A stretch of DNA of 64,000 nucleotides from a bacterium. Its GTDB lineage: Bacteria; Patescibacteriota; Patescibacteriia; UBA1558; GWA2-36-10. Each line of letters opens with the position of its first letter. The stretch's first letter is position 1. The notes under the pieces are model-generated. The model did no database searches. It worked only from the letters and a program-made list of their open reading frames with translations, and had not been told where the DNA came from. Shown piece after piece: positions 9,512 through 19,558 of this stretch. The DNA is taken from positions 3,029 to 67,028 of the forward strand of contig JABIAL010000021.1 in assembly GCA_018653315.1 (NCBI GenBank), given 5' to 3'. A program made the position numbers and the translations under genes.

Positions 9512-10804
9512 ATGTTAAAAAAAGCCATCAAAAAAATATTACCAGTATTTTGTTTAAGTTGTTACCACTGGTCTTTAGCTAGATTGGCTGCTTTTTTATT
9601 TGGCCACCCAAGTGAAAAATTAATCGTGATTGGTGTGACTGGAACCAATGGAAAAACTACCACGGTTAACTTAATTGCTCAATTATTAGAGTGTTTAGGA
9701 AACAAGGTAGGATTGAGCTCTACTGTGAATTTTAAACTTGCTGAAAAAGAGTGGTTAAACAATAAGAAGATGACCATGCTTGGTCGTTTTCAAACTCAAG
9801 CCTTATTAAGACAAGCAGTCAATGCTAGTTGTTCTTATATGGTCATAGAAAGCTCATCACAGGGTGTAGCTCAGTTTCGCCACCTAGGAATCAACTATGA
9901 TTTAATGGTCTTTACAAACCTCTCTCCTGAGCACATTGAAGCTCATGGTGGTTTTGATAATTATCGAGCAGCCAAAGAAAAGCTTTTTAAACATTTAGTC
10001 AAAAATAAGAGAAAAAAAATAAATAATAACATAATTAATAAAATTATTATTAGCAACATTGATGATCAAGAAAATAAAAGATTAGAAAAAATAAAAGCAG
10101 ATAACTTTTTGACTTATGGTTTTAAAAATAAAGCAGACCTACAAGGACGCGATTTGGTTTTAGAAAATGCTTTAGCGAAATTCAAGGTTAATGAGCAAAA
10201 AATTACTACTAATTTTTTAGGTGAGTTTAGTGCTTATAATGTTTTAGCTAGCCTAGCTGTTATTAAGGCTTTGAATTTAGATTTTAAAAAAGCACTCACC
10301 TGTAAATTAAAAGGAGTACCAGGGCGACAGGAGCTTGTTGACTGTAAACAGAATTTTAAAGTGATGGTGGATTATGCACCAGAGCCAGAATCTTTAAAAC
10401 AACTTTATTCTGCCATTAAAGAATTAAAATATAATAAATTAATTCATGTCTTAGGTTCTTGTGGTGGTGGTCGCGACAAGGCTCGTCAATCAATTCTCGG
10501 TCAAACGGCAGATAAAATGGCTGATGTAATTATTATCACTAACGAAGATCCATACGACGACGATCCGCAGCAGATTATTGATAAGGTAGCTGTTGGTGCT
10601 AAAAGTAAAGAAATTAATAAAAACTTATTTAAAATATTAGATAGAAAAGAAGCGATTAACAAAGCTTTGTCGCTGGCTAGTGATGGCGACTTAGTTTTGA
10701 TTACCGGCAAAGGAGCCGAACAAGCTATTTGTGTGGCTAACAATAAAAAAATTCCCCACGATGATCGCGAGGTTGTAAAAAGATATTTTCAAAATTTAAA
10801 ATAA
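9512..10804 (+). CDS. Mur ligase family protein, MurE-like (UDP-MurNAc-dipeptide:diamino acid ligase) with short N-terminal domain
   Basis: 430 aa. P-loop VIGVTGTNGKTTT, FTNLSPEHIEAHG and ITNEDPYDDDP motifs typical of MurE. Confidence 0.7.
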   Translation: MLKKAIKKILPVFCLSCYHWSLARLAAFLFGHPSEKLIVIGVTGTNGKTTTVNLIAQLLECLGNKVGLSSTVNFKLAEKEWLNNKKMTMLGRFQTQALLRQAVNASCSYMVIESSSQGVAQFRHLGINYDLMVFTNLSPEHIEAHGGFDNYRAAKEKLFKHLVKNKRKKINNNIINKIIISNIDDQENKRLEKIKADNFLTYGFKNKADLQGRDLVLENALAKFKVNEQKITTNFLGEFSAYNVLASLAVIKALNLDFKKALTCKLKGVPGRQELVDCKQNFKVMVDYAPEPESLKQLYSAIKELKYNKLIHVLGSCGGGRDKARQSILGQTADKMADVIIITNEDPYDDDPQQIIDKVAVGAKSKEINKNLFKILDRKEAINKALSLASDGDLVLITGKGAEQAICVANNKKIPHDDREVVKRYFQNLK

Positions 10805-10826
10805 AAAACCACTAAAAAATAAATTT

Positions 10827-11045
10827 ATGTTTCATGAAAAACATTCCAGAACAATAGTTAAATCTATTACCTGGCGTTTATTAGCCTTTGGAGCAACCGT
10901 CATTGTTTTACAATTAATGATTAATGATTGGCAAACATCGTTATTACATTCAGTGATTATTCATTCTATCAAGACGGTCTTATACTACATTCATGAGAGA
11001 TTGTGGAATATGAGCAACTTTGGTCAGGAATTAAAAACTAGATAA
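10827..11045 (+). CDS. small membrane protein (DUF2061-like), hypothetical
   Basis: 72 aa with two hydrophobic helices. Confidence 0.4.
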   Translation: MFHEKHSRTIVKSITWRLLAFGATVIVLQLMINDWQTSLLHSVIIHSIKTVLYYIHERLWNMSNFGQELKTR

Positions 11046-11123
11046 CTTTAAACACTCGGTGATCCCGAGTGTTTTTTAGCAAAAAGAAAACCGGCGCGTG
11101 GAATGCGTCGGTTGAGTTACTTG

Positions 11124-11528
11124 TTAGTGGACCTCATTGCCCTTTCTGGTTGTCTCTGTTGCGTTGCCCAGAATAAGACCCAGAACAACACCCATGATAA
11201 AGCCCAGAATAAGACCCAGAATACCGCCTAGCATACCATCCAGAATAAGACCCAGAACCATACCTAGAGCGACACTTAGAATACCGCCTAGCATAATACT
11301 CAGAGCAGCACCTAGGGGGGCACCTGGAAACCTTATTAATATCCATAGGTTGGCATAGCTAAACCAGACTAAAAAGAAGAATGGTATAGTCATATGCTGA
11401 TGGAAGTTGATCATCCGAGCGGATACAGAGATGCTCTCAGGCAGGGGTAGCGAAAACATCAAATACGACCAGCTAGCCACTAGTAATCCAAAAACTACAC
11501 TACGCGGGGTCATTTTGTCCCAATTCAT
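11124..11528 (-). CDS. glycine-zipper (GxxxG-repeat) membrane protein, hypothetical
   Basis: 134 aa. C-terminal half is tandem GxxLG units (LGMVLGLILDGMLGGILGLILGFIMGVVLGLILG), encoded by ~12-nt periodic repeats. Confidence 0.45.
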   Translation of the reverse strand: MNWDKMTPRSVVFGLLVASWSYLMFSLPLPESISVSARMINFHQHMTIPFFFLVWFSYANLWILIRFPGAPLGAALSIMLGGILSVALGMVLGLILDGMLGGILGLILGFIMGVVLGLILGNATETTRKGNEVH

Positions 11529-11845
11529 GATGGGCTCCTAGAATTTAAACACACTAATGAAAATAACAATCAATATAGTAATATAGCACATAAAACATAT
11601 TTTGTCAATAGTATTTATGCTTATTTGTTAATTTTGTTAGTAAAAATAAGCTTTCTACGTGATTTTAGAGGATAAATGTGGATAACTTGAGGGTAAGTGA
11701 CTACTTTTGTGTATAAAAGAGCTGAAATTAGGGCAAAGTTTAAGATAATTTGACAAATAACAAAAAGTACATCTAGATTGTTTGCGCTAATGCTAGCTAA
11801 TAAGTTTAGAAAAATAAGAAAATTAGCAAATTTAGATACTTGTTA

Positions 11846-11874
11846 TTGACAAAGTCTATTTTTTCTTGTAATAT
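11846..11874 (+). promoter_or_regulatory. sigma70-like promoter ~160 bp upstream of rpoB
   Basis: TTGACA (11846-11851), 17-nt spacer, TAATAT (11869-11874). Confidence 0.45.
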
Positions 11875-12030
11875 ACACTCATGTTAATTTCCCTGACTAA
11901 CCAAGTTTAGTCTTAAATTAAACAAGCTGACCTCAAAAGTAAACGAGGTGAGTTTATTTTTTGCGCAAATTTTTTGTGATAAACAAAAAGTATCTCGAAA
12001 GTGCTTTTAAAAATTATTTTTTGAACTTCT

Positions 12031-15000
12031 ATGTCCCAAGTTAAAGCCCCAACTAAGACACGTCAATTTTTTACTAATTTACGAGAAGCTATCCCTCTAA
12101 CGGATTTAGTGGAAATCCAAAAAAAATCATACAACTGGTTTTTTAAAGAAGGCCTAAAGGAATTATTTGAGGAAATCTCTCCAATCACAGATTTTATTGG
12201 TCGTGATTTAGAATTATATTTATTAGATTATTATTTAGACGAGCCTAAGTTCGACGAACTTACTACTAAGTCTAAAAATATAACATATGAAGCACCACTT
12301 AGGGTAAAGGTGCGTTTGACTAACAAAAAAACCAACGAAGTTAAAGAGCAAGAAATTTATCTTGGTGATTTTCCAGTGATGACCGATCGTGGTACTTTTG
12401 TTATCAATGGTGTAGAGCGAGTAATTGTCTCACAATTAATTCGTAGCGCCGGTGTTTTCTTTACTTCACAAATTTTACGTGGTCGCCGTTATTACGGAGC
12501 CAAGATTATTCCTAATCGTGGAGCCTGGCTTGAAATTGAAACTGATGCCAATGGAATTATCTATGTAAAAATAGATCGTAAACGTAAAGTGCCCATCACA
12601 GCACTATTACGTGCTTTTGGTTATGATTCTGATGAAAAAATTACCGAATTATTCAAAGATATTGATACTCATCCAGAAGTAAGGTTTATTCAAAATACAC
12701 TTGCTAAAGATATTTCACACAATGAAGCAGAGGGTTTAAAAGAAGTTTATAAACGTGTCAGACCAGGAGACTTGGCTACGGTTGATAACGCTAGGTCTTT
12801 GATTCACTCGATGTTTTTTAATTTTGATCGTTATGATTTTAGTCGAGTTGGTCGTTATAAGATTAATGCTCGTTTTAGTTTAGATATTCCAAACAACAAA
12901 GAAACCAGGGTTTTACGTCGTGAGGATTTAATTTTGGTAATCGCTGAAATTGTTAAATTAAATTTATCTCAAGCAGATGCAGATGATATTGATCATTTGG
13001 GTAATCGTCGAGTACGGGCAGTTGGTGAATTAGTACAAAATAAATTTAGAGTTGGTTTAGCTAGAATGGAAAGAATCGTACGTGATCGTATGAGTACTTT
13101 GGATGTAAATAATATTAGTCCAAGTCAATTGATTAACGCCAGACCAGTTATTGGATCGATTAAAGAGTTTTTTATGAGCTCTCAATTATCTCAGTTCATG
13201 GATCAAGTAAATCCATTAGCCGAGTTGGAACATAAACGTCGTTTATCTGCCATGGGTCCCGGTGGTTTATCTCGTGAAAGAGCTGGCTTTGAAGTTCGTG
13301 ATGTACATCGTACTCACTATGGACGTATTTGTCCGATTGCTACTCCTGAAGGACCAAACATTGGTTTAGTTGGTCACCTAGCTGCTTACGCTAGAGTGAA
13401 TGATTTTGGTTTTATTGAAACTCCATTTAGAAAAGTTTTTCATGATGTAGACAATGATCCAAAGATGACTGCTGGTAAAATAGCCAGAGTAGGTATTAAA
13501 AATATTGTAAAAGCAGGTGAAGAAATTACAGATAAAATCGCTAAAGAATTAGCTAAAGATAAAGAGCTAGAAACAATTGCTATTAAACCAGTTGTTACTA
13601 ATGAAATTACTTACTTAGATGCTTTCGAAGAAGAGAGATATAATACCACCGCTGCTACTACACCAATTGATGAAAATGGGTATTTTATAAATGATTATGC
13701 AGAAATTAGAATCAATGGTGTACCTAGTTTTGATAAGGTAGAAAAAGTTGATTTATTTGACGTTGCGCCAAATCAAATTATTAGTATTGCTACTTCTTTG
13801 ATTCCGTTTTTAGAGCATGATGATGCGGTACGTGCTTTAATGGGAACAAACATGCAACGGCAAGCGGTGTCCCTGATTAGACCAGAGGCTCCTATTGTTG
13901 GTACCGGTATAGAAGCGCGGGCTGCCCAAGATTCTGGACAAGTGGTAGTAGCTAAAGAGGACGGAAAGGTTAGCTATGTTGATGGAAGTCGAGTAGAATT
14001 GACAGACAAAGACGGTGTGACAACTAATTATGATTTACAAAAGTTTTCTCGTTCCAATACCTCTACTAGTATGAATCAACATCCAATTGTAGATAAGGGT
14101 GATAAAATTAAAAAAAGTCAGCCAATTGCTGATGGAGCAGCTACCGATCAAGGAGAGTTAGCTCTTGGTCAAAATATGTTAGTAGCTTATATGACTTGGG
14201 ATGGTGGTAACTACGAAGATGCTATTTTGATTTCACAACGAGTAGTAAAAAGAGATAATTACACATCTATTAGTATTGAAGATTACTCTATTGATATTCG
14301 TGATACAAAACTTGGACCAGAACAAATTACCAGAGACATTCCAAACATCAGCGAAGAAAAATTAAAAGATTTAGATGAAGAAGGAGTTATTCGTATTGGT
14401 GCTAATGTTGGTTCTGGAGATATTTTAGTTGGTAAAATTACCCCAAAAGGTGAAACGGAATTATCAGCTGAAGAAAAACTATTAAGAGCCATCTTTGGTG
14501 AAAAGGCCAAAGATGTTCGTGATAGTTCACTTTATTTAAAACACGGAGAGCACGGTAAGGTTATTGATGTTAAGATTTTTTCTCGAGAAAATAGTGATCG
14601 ATTACCAGCTGGTGTAATTAAGAGCGTGCAGATAACCATTGCTCAATTACGTAAGATTCAAGTTGGCGATAAGATGGCCGGACGTCATGGTAATAAAGGT
14701 GTTATTTCTCGTGTCATTCCAGAAGCAGATATGCCATTTTTAGCAGACGGTACGCCAGTAGACATTGTTTTAAATCCACTTGGTGTTATTTCTCGTATGA
14801 ACTTAGGACAGTTGTTAGAAACTCATTTAGGTTTAGCAGCACGTACCTTGGGATACAAGGTAGCTAGCCCAGCCCTAAATGGTGTTAGTGAAGAAAAGAT
14901 TAGAGAAGAATTAGAAAAAGCAGGTTGGCCAGCCGACGGTAAGTTGCAACTTTATGATGGTCGTAATGGTGAAGCGTTCCACCATAAAACCACCACTGGT

Positions 15001-15456
15001 GTTGCTTATATGTTGAAATTAAATCATTTAGTGGAAGAAAAAATTCACCAAAGATCCATTGGTCCTTACTCATTGGTTACTCAACAACCTTTGGGTGGTA
15101 AAGCTCAATTTGGTGGCCAGAGATTTGGTGAGATGGAAGTCTGGGCCTTAGAGGCCTACGGAGCTGCTAATACCTTGCAAGAGATCTTAACTATCAAATC
15201 AGATGATGTTCCAGGCAGATCAAAGGCTTACGAAGCAATCATCAAAGGCGAGTCAATTGATCGTCTTAATGTACCGGAATCCTTTAATGTTTTAGTTAGA
15301 GAATTAAAAGGCTTGGGATTAGATGTTGAACTACTTGGTCAACGTGAGAAAAAAATTGAAAAAATAAACCCAGAGACAGCTAAGACTTTAGATGAACAAG
15401 CACCGGTGATAGTCGATCCAAAAGAGAAGTCTACCGATGAGCAAGCTAAAGAATAA
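12031..15456 (+). CDS. rpoB: DNA-directed RNA polymerase subunit beta
   Basis: 1141 aa, unmistakable RpoB blocks. Confidence 0.97.
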   Translation: MSQVKAPTKTRQFFTNLREAIPLTDLVEIQKKSYNWFFKEGLKELFEEISPITDFIGRDLELYLLDYYLDEPKFDELTTKSKNITYEAPLRVKVRLTNKKTNEVKEQEIYLGDFPVMTDRGTFVINGVERVIVSQLIRSAGVFFTSQILRGRRYYGAKIIPNRGAWLEIETDANGIIYVKIDRKRKVPITALLRAFGYDSDEKITELFKDIDTHPEVRFIQNTLAKDISHNEAEGLKEVYKRVRPGDLATVDNARSLIHSMFFNFDRYDFSRVGRYKINARFSLDIPNNKETRVLRREDLILVIAEIVKLNLSQADADDIDHLGNRRVRAVGELVQNKFRVGLARMERIVRDRMSTLDVNNISPSQLINARPVIGSIKEFFMSSQLSQFMDQVNPLAELEHKRRLSAMGPGGLSRERAGFEVRDVHRTHYGRICPIATPEGPNIGLVGHLAAYARVNDFGFIETPFRKVFHDVDNDPKMTAGKIARVGIKNIVKAGEEITDKIAKELAKDKELETIAIKPVVTNEITYLDAFEEERYNTTAATTPIDENGYFINDYAEIRINGVPSFDKVEKVDLFDVAPNQIISIATSLIPFLEHDDAVRALMGTNMQRQAVSLIRPEAPIVGTGIEARAAQDSGQVVVAKEDGKVSYVDGSRVELTDKDGVTTNYDLQKFSRSNTSTSMNQHPIVDKGDKIKKSQPIADGAATDQGELALGQNMLVAYMTWDGGNYEDAILISQRVVKRDNYTSISIEDYSIDIRDTKLGPEQITRDIPNISEEKLKDLDEEGVIRIGANVGSGDILVGKITPKGETELSAEEKLLRAIFGEKAKDVRDSSLYLKHGEHGKVIDVKIFSRENSDRLPAGVIKSVQITIAQLRKIQVGDKMAGRHGNKGVISRVIPEADMPFLADGTPVDIVLNPLGVISRMNLGQLLETHLGLAARTLGYKVASPALNGVSEEKIREELEKAGWPADGKLQLYDGRNGEAFHHKTTTGVAYMLKLNHLVEEKIHQRSIGPYSLVTQQPLGGKAQFGGQRFGEMEVWALEAYGAANTLQEILTIKSDDVPGRSKAYEAIIKGESIDRLNVPESFNVLVRELKGLGLDVELLGQREKKIEKINPETAKTLDEQAPVIVDPKEKSTDEQAKE

Positions 15457-15506
15457 TCTTTAGTAGCATAAATAATTTAAAATTTTTCATAAATTAAAAT
15501 AACAAT

Positions 15507-18500
15507 ATGCCTACTCCTTCATCAACAAAAACCACATTCATGGTTCCAGAACAAAATGCTGTTTTGGAGTTTGATGCTGTTAAATTAAAACTAGCCTCTC
15601 CGGAAGATATTCATGGCTGGTCACATGGCGAAGTGGTAAAGCCAGAGACTATTAATTATCGTACTCAAAAACCAGAAAAAGATGGCTTGTTTTGTGAAAA
15701 GATTTTTGGACCCTCAAAAGATTGGGAGTGTTATTGTGGTAAATATAAAAGGATTCGTTACAAGGGTATTGTTTGTGATAAGTGTGGAGTAGAAGTAACC
15801 AGAGCAATTGTTCGTCGTGAACGCATGGGACACATTGATCTAGCCGCACCTGTTTCACATATTTGGTTTTTACGTGGTATTCCTTCCAAGATTGGTCTAG
15901 TGCTTGATCTTGGTGTGCAAGCTTTAGAAAAAGTTATTTACTTTGCTAGTTTTATTGTTAATCATATTGATGAAAGTGCTCGTAAAGAAACTATCGAACA
16001 AATTAAAGGTGAATTAAAGAGTAAACGTAAACAAATTGACAATGAATTTGATCAAAGAGCACAAGAGATAAATAATCGTAAAGTTAAATTATTAGCTGAT
16101 GGCGGATCAAAGGCAAAGATAGAAAAACAAATTACTCAAGAAATTACCGATTTGAATGTTGCTAAAATTGATAAACTAAAAAGTTTAGAAGAAGCGGCTG
16201 ACACAGCTACAAAAGAATTAAAAGAGTTACACGAATTACAGATTATTTCTGAAACTAAATACCAAGACCTAGCTTTGCGTTATGGACATGTGTTTGAAGC
16301 CGGTATTGGTGCAGAGGCAATTCGTAATTTATTAAAGAAAATCGATTTAAAAGCTTTGTCAAAACATTTAGATCAAGAAATTGAAAAAGCTATTGCTTCA
16401 AAACAAAAGAAATTAATTAGACGCTCTCGTTTAATTAAGAGTTTAGTAGTTAACGGCATTCGTCCCGAGTGGATGATCATGACTACTATTCCAGTTATCC
16501 CACCAGACTTAAGACCAATGGTTCAATTAGATGGTGGACGATTTGCTTCTTCAGATTTAAATGATTTATATCGTCGAGTTATCAATCGTAATAATCGTTT
16601 GAAGAGATTAAAAGAGTTAAATGCTCCAGAGGTAATTCAACGTAACGAAAAACGGATGTTGCAAGAGGCGGTTGATGCCTTAATTGATAATAATGCTCGT
16701 CATGGTAAGACCGTAACCTCTTCTACCGGACAAAAGAGAATGTTGAAGAGTATTGCTGACATGTTAAAAGGTAAACAAGGTCGTTTTAGACAAAATTTAC
16801 TTGGTAAACGTGTTGATTATTCTGGTCGTTCCGTTATTGTAGTTGGTCCCCACCTAAAGCTTCATCAATGTGGTTTACCAAAAACAATGGCTTTAGAATT
16901 ATTTAGACCATTTGTAATCTCTCAATTGATTAAAAGAGAACTAGTTCATAATGTTCGTTCAGCTAATCGTTATATCGAAGCTGGATACAGTGAGGTTTGG
17001 GGTATTTTAGAAGAAATTATCGCTGATGCTTATGTATTATTAAATCGTGCACCAACCTTGCATCGTTTAGGTATTCAAGCTTTCCAGCCAATCTTAATTG
17101 AGGGTAAGGCCATTCAGTTGCATCCATTGGTTTGTACAGCTTTTAACGCCGATTTTGATGGTGATCAAATGGCCGTACACGTTCCCTTAACAGAGGCAGC
17201 TAAAGACGAAGCAGCTAACCTTATGTTAGCTAGTAAAAATCTATTAAAACCAGCCACTGGTGATCCAGTAGTAGTGCCAAGTCAAGATATTGTTTGGGGC
17301 ACCTATTATTTGACTTATGTTGATGAAAAAACCGAGGTTAAGAAGATTTTTGCTGACGAAGATGAAGCGGAAAGAGCCTTTGCTTTAGGGCATATTAAAT
17401 TACAAGATTTAATTAAAGTCAGAATCACTAAAGAGGATGACAAAATAACAGAGACATCGGTTGGTCGTATTTTGTTTAATAAAGAATTACCAACTAACAT
17501 GTCTTTTGTTAATAAAGTTTTAGACAAAAAAGGCTTAGGTAATATTGTTGCTCAGATTTTTAGGGAATTTAGTCGAGAAGAAACCGTAGAGTCTTTAGAT
17601 AGGATTAAAGATATTGCTTTTAAATATATTACAGCTTCTGGTTTTTCTTGGGGCATGGGAGATATTCCAAAATTTCCCAAGAAAAAAGAAATGATCGAAG
17701 AGGGGGAGAAAAAAGTACAAGAAATCAGAGAGCAGTATAACCAAGGTTTGTTAACTGATCATGAAAGATATATTAAGGTTATTGAGGTTTGGACAGTTGT
17801 TAAAAATAAGATCAGTGAAGAGAGCGCTGGAATTTTTACGCCAGATAATTCTATTTCTACTATTATTAATTCCGGAGCACGTGGTTCTTGGTCACAGATG
17901 ATTCAAATCATGGGTGTTAAGGGTTTGGTTATTAATCCAGCTGGTGATATTATCGAGCTGCCGATTAAAGCAAACTTCCAAGAAGGTTTAGACGTATTGG
18001 AATATTTTATTTCAACTCATGGTACTCGTAAGGGTTTATCAGACACTGCCTTGCGTACAGCTAATGCTGGCTACTTAACTAGGCGTTTGGTAGATGTGTC
18101 GCAAGACTTGGTAATTTTGGAAAATGATTGTAAGGATACCGAAGGCATGATTCTTACTAGGGAGGAAAGTCAAAAATTACAAGAAACATTACCAGAAAGA
18201 GCTAAAGGGAGAACTTTGGCTGATGGTATTGTTGATCCAAAAACTAATAAAGTAGTGATTAAAAAAGGTACCTTGATTACCCAGGAACTAGCTAATAAAA
18301 TTAAAGAAATAGACCCAGAACAAATTAAGATTCGTTCCCTTTTATCTTGTCAGGCTGTTAGAGGTGTTTGTCAAAAATGTTATGGGCATGACTTAGGTTA
18401 CAATGAAGTAGTGAAGCTAGGTACAGCTGTTGGTGTGGTTGCTGCTCAAAGCATTGGTGAGCCAGGCACGCAGTTAACTATGAGAACTTTTCACACTGGT

Positions 18501-19400
18501 GGTGTGGCTAGTGAGGCTGATGTAACTCAAGGTTTACCACGAGTAGAAGAGTTGTTTGAGGCACGCACGCCAAAGAAAAATTCTATTTTAGCGCCGATAG
18601 CGGGACAGCTGGAAATTTCCGGTGTTGATCAATTGGTTAGTAAGGATAATCGCATTGTTAAAATTAAAACTACTGATACCAGAACAGAAGAATATCGGGT
18701 AGAAAAATCCGCTAAACTAAAAGTTGAAGATGGTGAAGAGGTAAAGCCAGGACAAACCTTATACATCATCAATCAAAAAGAAGAACGAACAGCCTTAGGT
18801 GGTTTAATTAAGATTAAAAATAGTAAATTAACAGTTCATGCTAAAGCTGGAGAAGAAGTAGAGGTAATTATTCCAGCTGGTTATAATCTTTGGGTTAAAG
18901 ATAAGGAATTTGTTAGCGAAGGCCAACAATTAACCGAAGGCAGTGTAGATCTACATGAGTTATATGAACATCGAGGACGTTTAGAAGTACAAAAATACAT
19001 TATTAATGAGATTAAACATATTTATGCTTCTCAGGGACAAAATTTAGATGATAAACATATTGAATTAATTGTTAGGCAGATGTTTTCTAGAATATTTGTT
19101 AGAGATGTTGGGTCAACAGAGTTATTACCAGGAGAGATTATTACTTATACTCAATTTAAAGAAGCAAACATAGCAACTAAAGGTGACAAGGCCACTGGAG
19201 ATGTATTATTACTAGGCATTACTAAGGCTTCTTTATCAGCTGACTCATTTTTATCTGCTGCATCTTTTCAAGAAACAGCTCGCGTATTAATTGACGCTGC
19301 TATTACTGGTAAAGTGGATCATTTAAGGGGCTTAAAAGAAAATGTCATTATTGGTCGTAAGATTCCAGCTGGTACTGGTTTTGTAGAAGATAAAAAATAA
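15507..19400 (+). CDS. rpoC: DNA-directed RNA polymerase subunit beta'
   Basis: 1297 aa with NADFDGD catalytic motif and zinc-binding cysteines. Confidence 0.97.
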   Translation: MPTPSSTKTTFMVPEQNAVLEFDAVKLKLASPEDIHGWSHGEVVKPETINYRTQKPEKDGLFCEKIFGPSKDWECYCGKYKRIRYKGIVCDKCGVEVTRAIVRRERMGHIDLAAPVSHIWFLRGIPSKIGLVLDLGVQALEKVIYFASFIVNHIDESARKETIEQIKGELKSKRKQIDNEFDQRAQEINNRKVKLLADGGSKAKIEKQITQEITDLNVAKIDKLKSLEEAADTATKELKELHELQIISETKYQDLALRYGHVFEAGIGAEAIRNLLKKIDLKALSKHLDQEIEKAIASKQKKLIRRSRLIKSLVVNGIRPEWMIMTTIPVIPPDLRPMVQLDGGRFASSDLNDLYRRVINRNNRLKRLKELNAPEVIQRNEKRMLQEAVDALIDNNARHGKTVTSSTGQKRMLKSIADMLKGKQGRFRQNLLGKRVDYSGRSVIVVGPHLKLHQCGLPKTMALELFRPFVISQLIKRELVHNVRSANRYIEAGYSEVWGILEEIIADAYVLLNRAPTLHRLGIQAFQPILIEGKAIQLHPLVCTAFNADFDGDQMAVHVPLTEAAKDEAANLMLASKNLLKPATGDPVVVPSQDIVWGTYYLTYVDEKTEVKKIFADEDEAERAFALGHIKLQDLIKVRITKEDDKITETSVGRILFNKELPTNMSFVNKVLDKKGLGNIVAQIFREFSREETVESLDRIKDIAFKYITASGFSWGMGDIPKFPKKKEMIEEGEKKVQEIREQYNQGLLTDHERYIKVIEVWTVVKNKISEESAGIFTPDNSISTIINSGARGSWSQMIQIMGVKGLVINPAGDIIELPIKANFQEGLDVLEYFISTHGTRKGLSDTALRTANAGYLTRRLVDVSQDLVILENDCKDTEGMILTREESQKLQETLPERAKGRTLADGIVDPKTNKVVIKKGTLITQELANKIKEIDPEQIKIRSLLSCQAVRGVCQKCYGHDLGYNEVVKLGTAVGVVAAQSIGEPGTQLTMRTFHTGGVASEADVTQGLPRVEELFEARTPKKNSILAPIAGQLEISGVDQLVSKDNRIVKIKTTDTRTEEYRVEKSAKLKVEDGEEVKPGQTLYIINQKEERTALGGLIKIKNSKLTVHAKAGEEVEVIIPAGYNLWVKDKEFVSEGQQLTEGSVDLHELYEHRGRLEVQKYIINEIKHIYASQGQNLDDKHIELIVRQMFSRIFVRDVGSTELLPGEIITYTQFKEANIATKGDKATGDVLLLGITKASLSADSFLSAASFQETARVLIDAAITGKVDHLRGLKENVIIGRKIPAGTGFVEDKK

Positions 19401-19425
19401 GCTTTATTTCGTTAAAATTTTTTAA

Positions 19426-19460
19426 AAACAGCCTAAAATCACGGGCTGTTTTTGGTTTTC
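19426..19460 (+). terminator. rho-independent terminator after rpoC
   Basis: ACAGCC-taaaatcac-GGGCTGT followed by TTTTTGGTTTTC. Confidence 0.65.
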
Positions 19461-19558
19461 TTTTTTGCTATAAATATGTTAAAATATAGTATATTTAAGA
19501 CTTTTTCTGTTACTTATTAAGACAGAGTAGTTTTAGACTTAAATTCATTAATCGATTT

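Noticed and set aside
11134-11358. Two alternative-frame ORFs (70 aa RY/GS-rich; 73 aa PRIRPR-repeat) over the glycine-zipper gene
   Set aside because: Both are by-products of the ~12-nt DNA periodicity. The GxxxG membrane-protein frame on the minus strand is the only one with a plausible start, hydrophobic N-terminal half and sensible composition.
11677-11685. Perfect DnaA-box 9-mers TGTGGATAA at 11677 and 56838 as evidence of a second origin
   Set aside because: Two isolated 9-mers in an AT-rich 64 kb are near chance expectation. There is no cluster of at least 3 boxes with an AT-rich unwinding element. The dnaA-proximal spacers remain the better oriC candidates.
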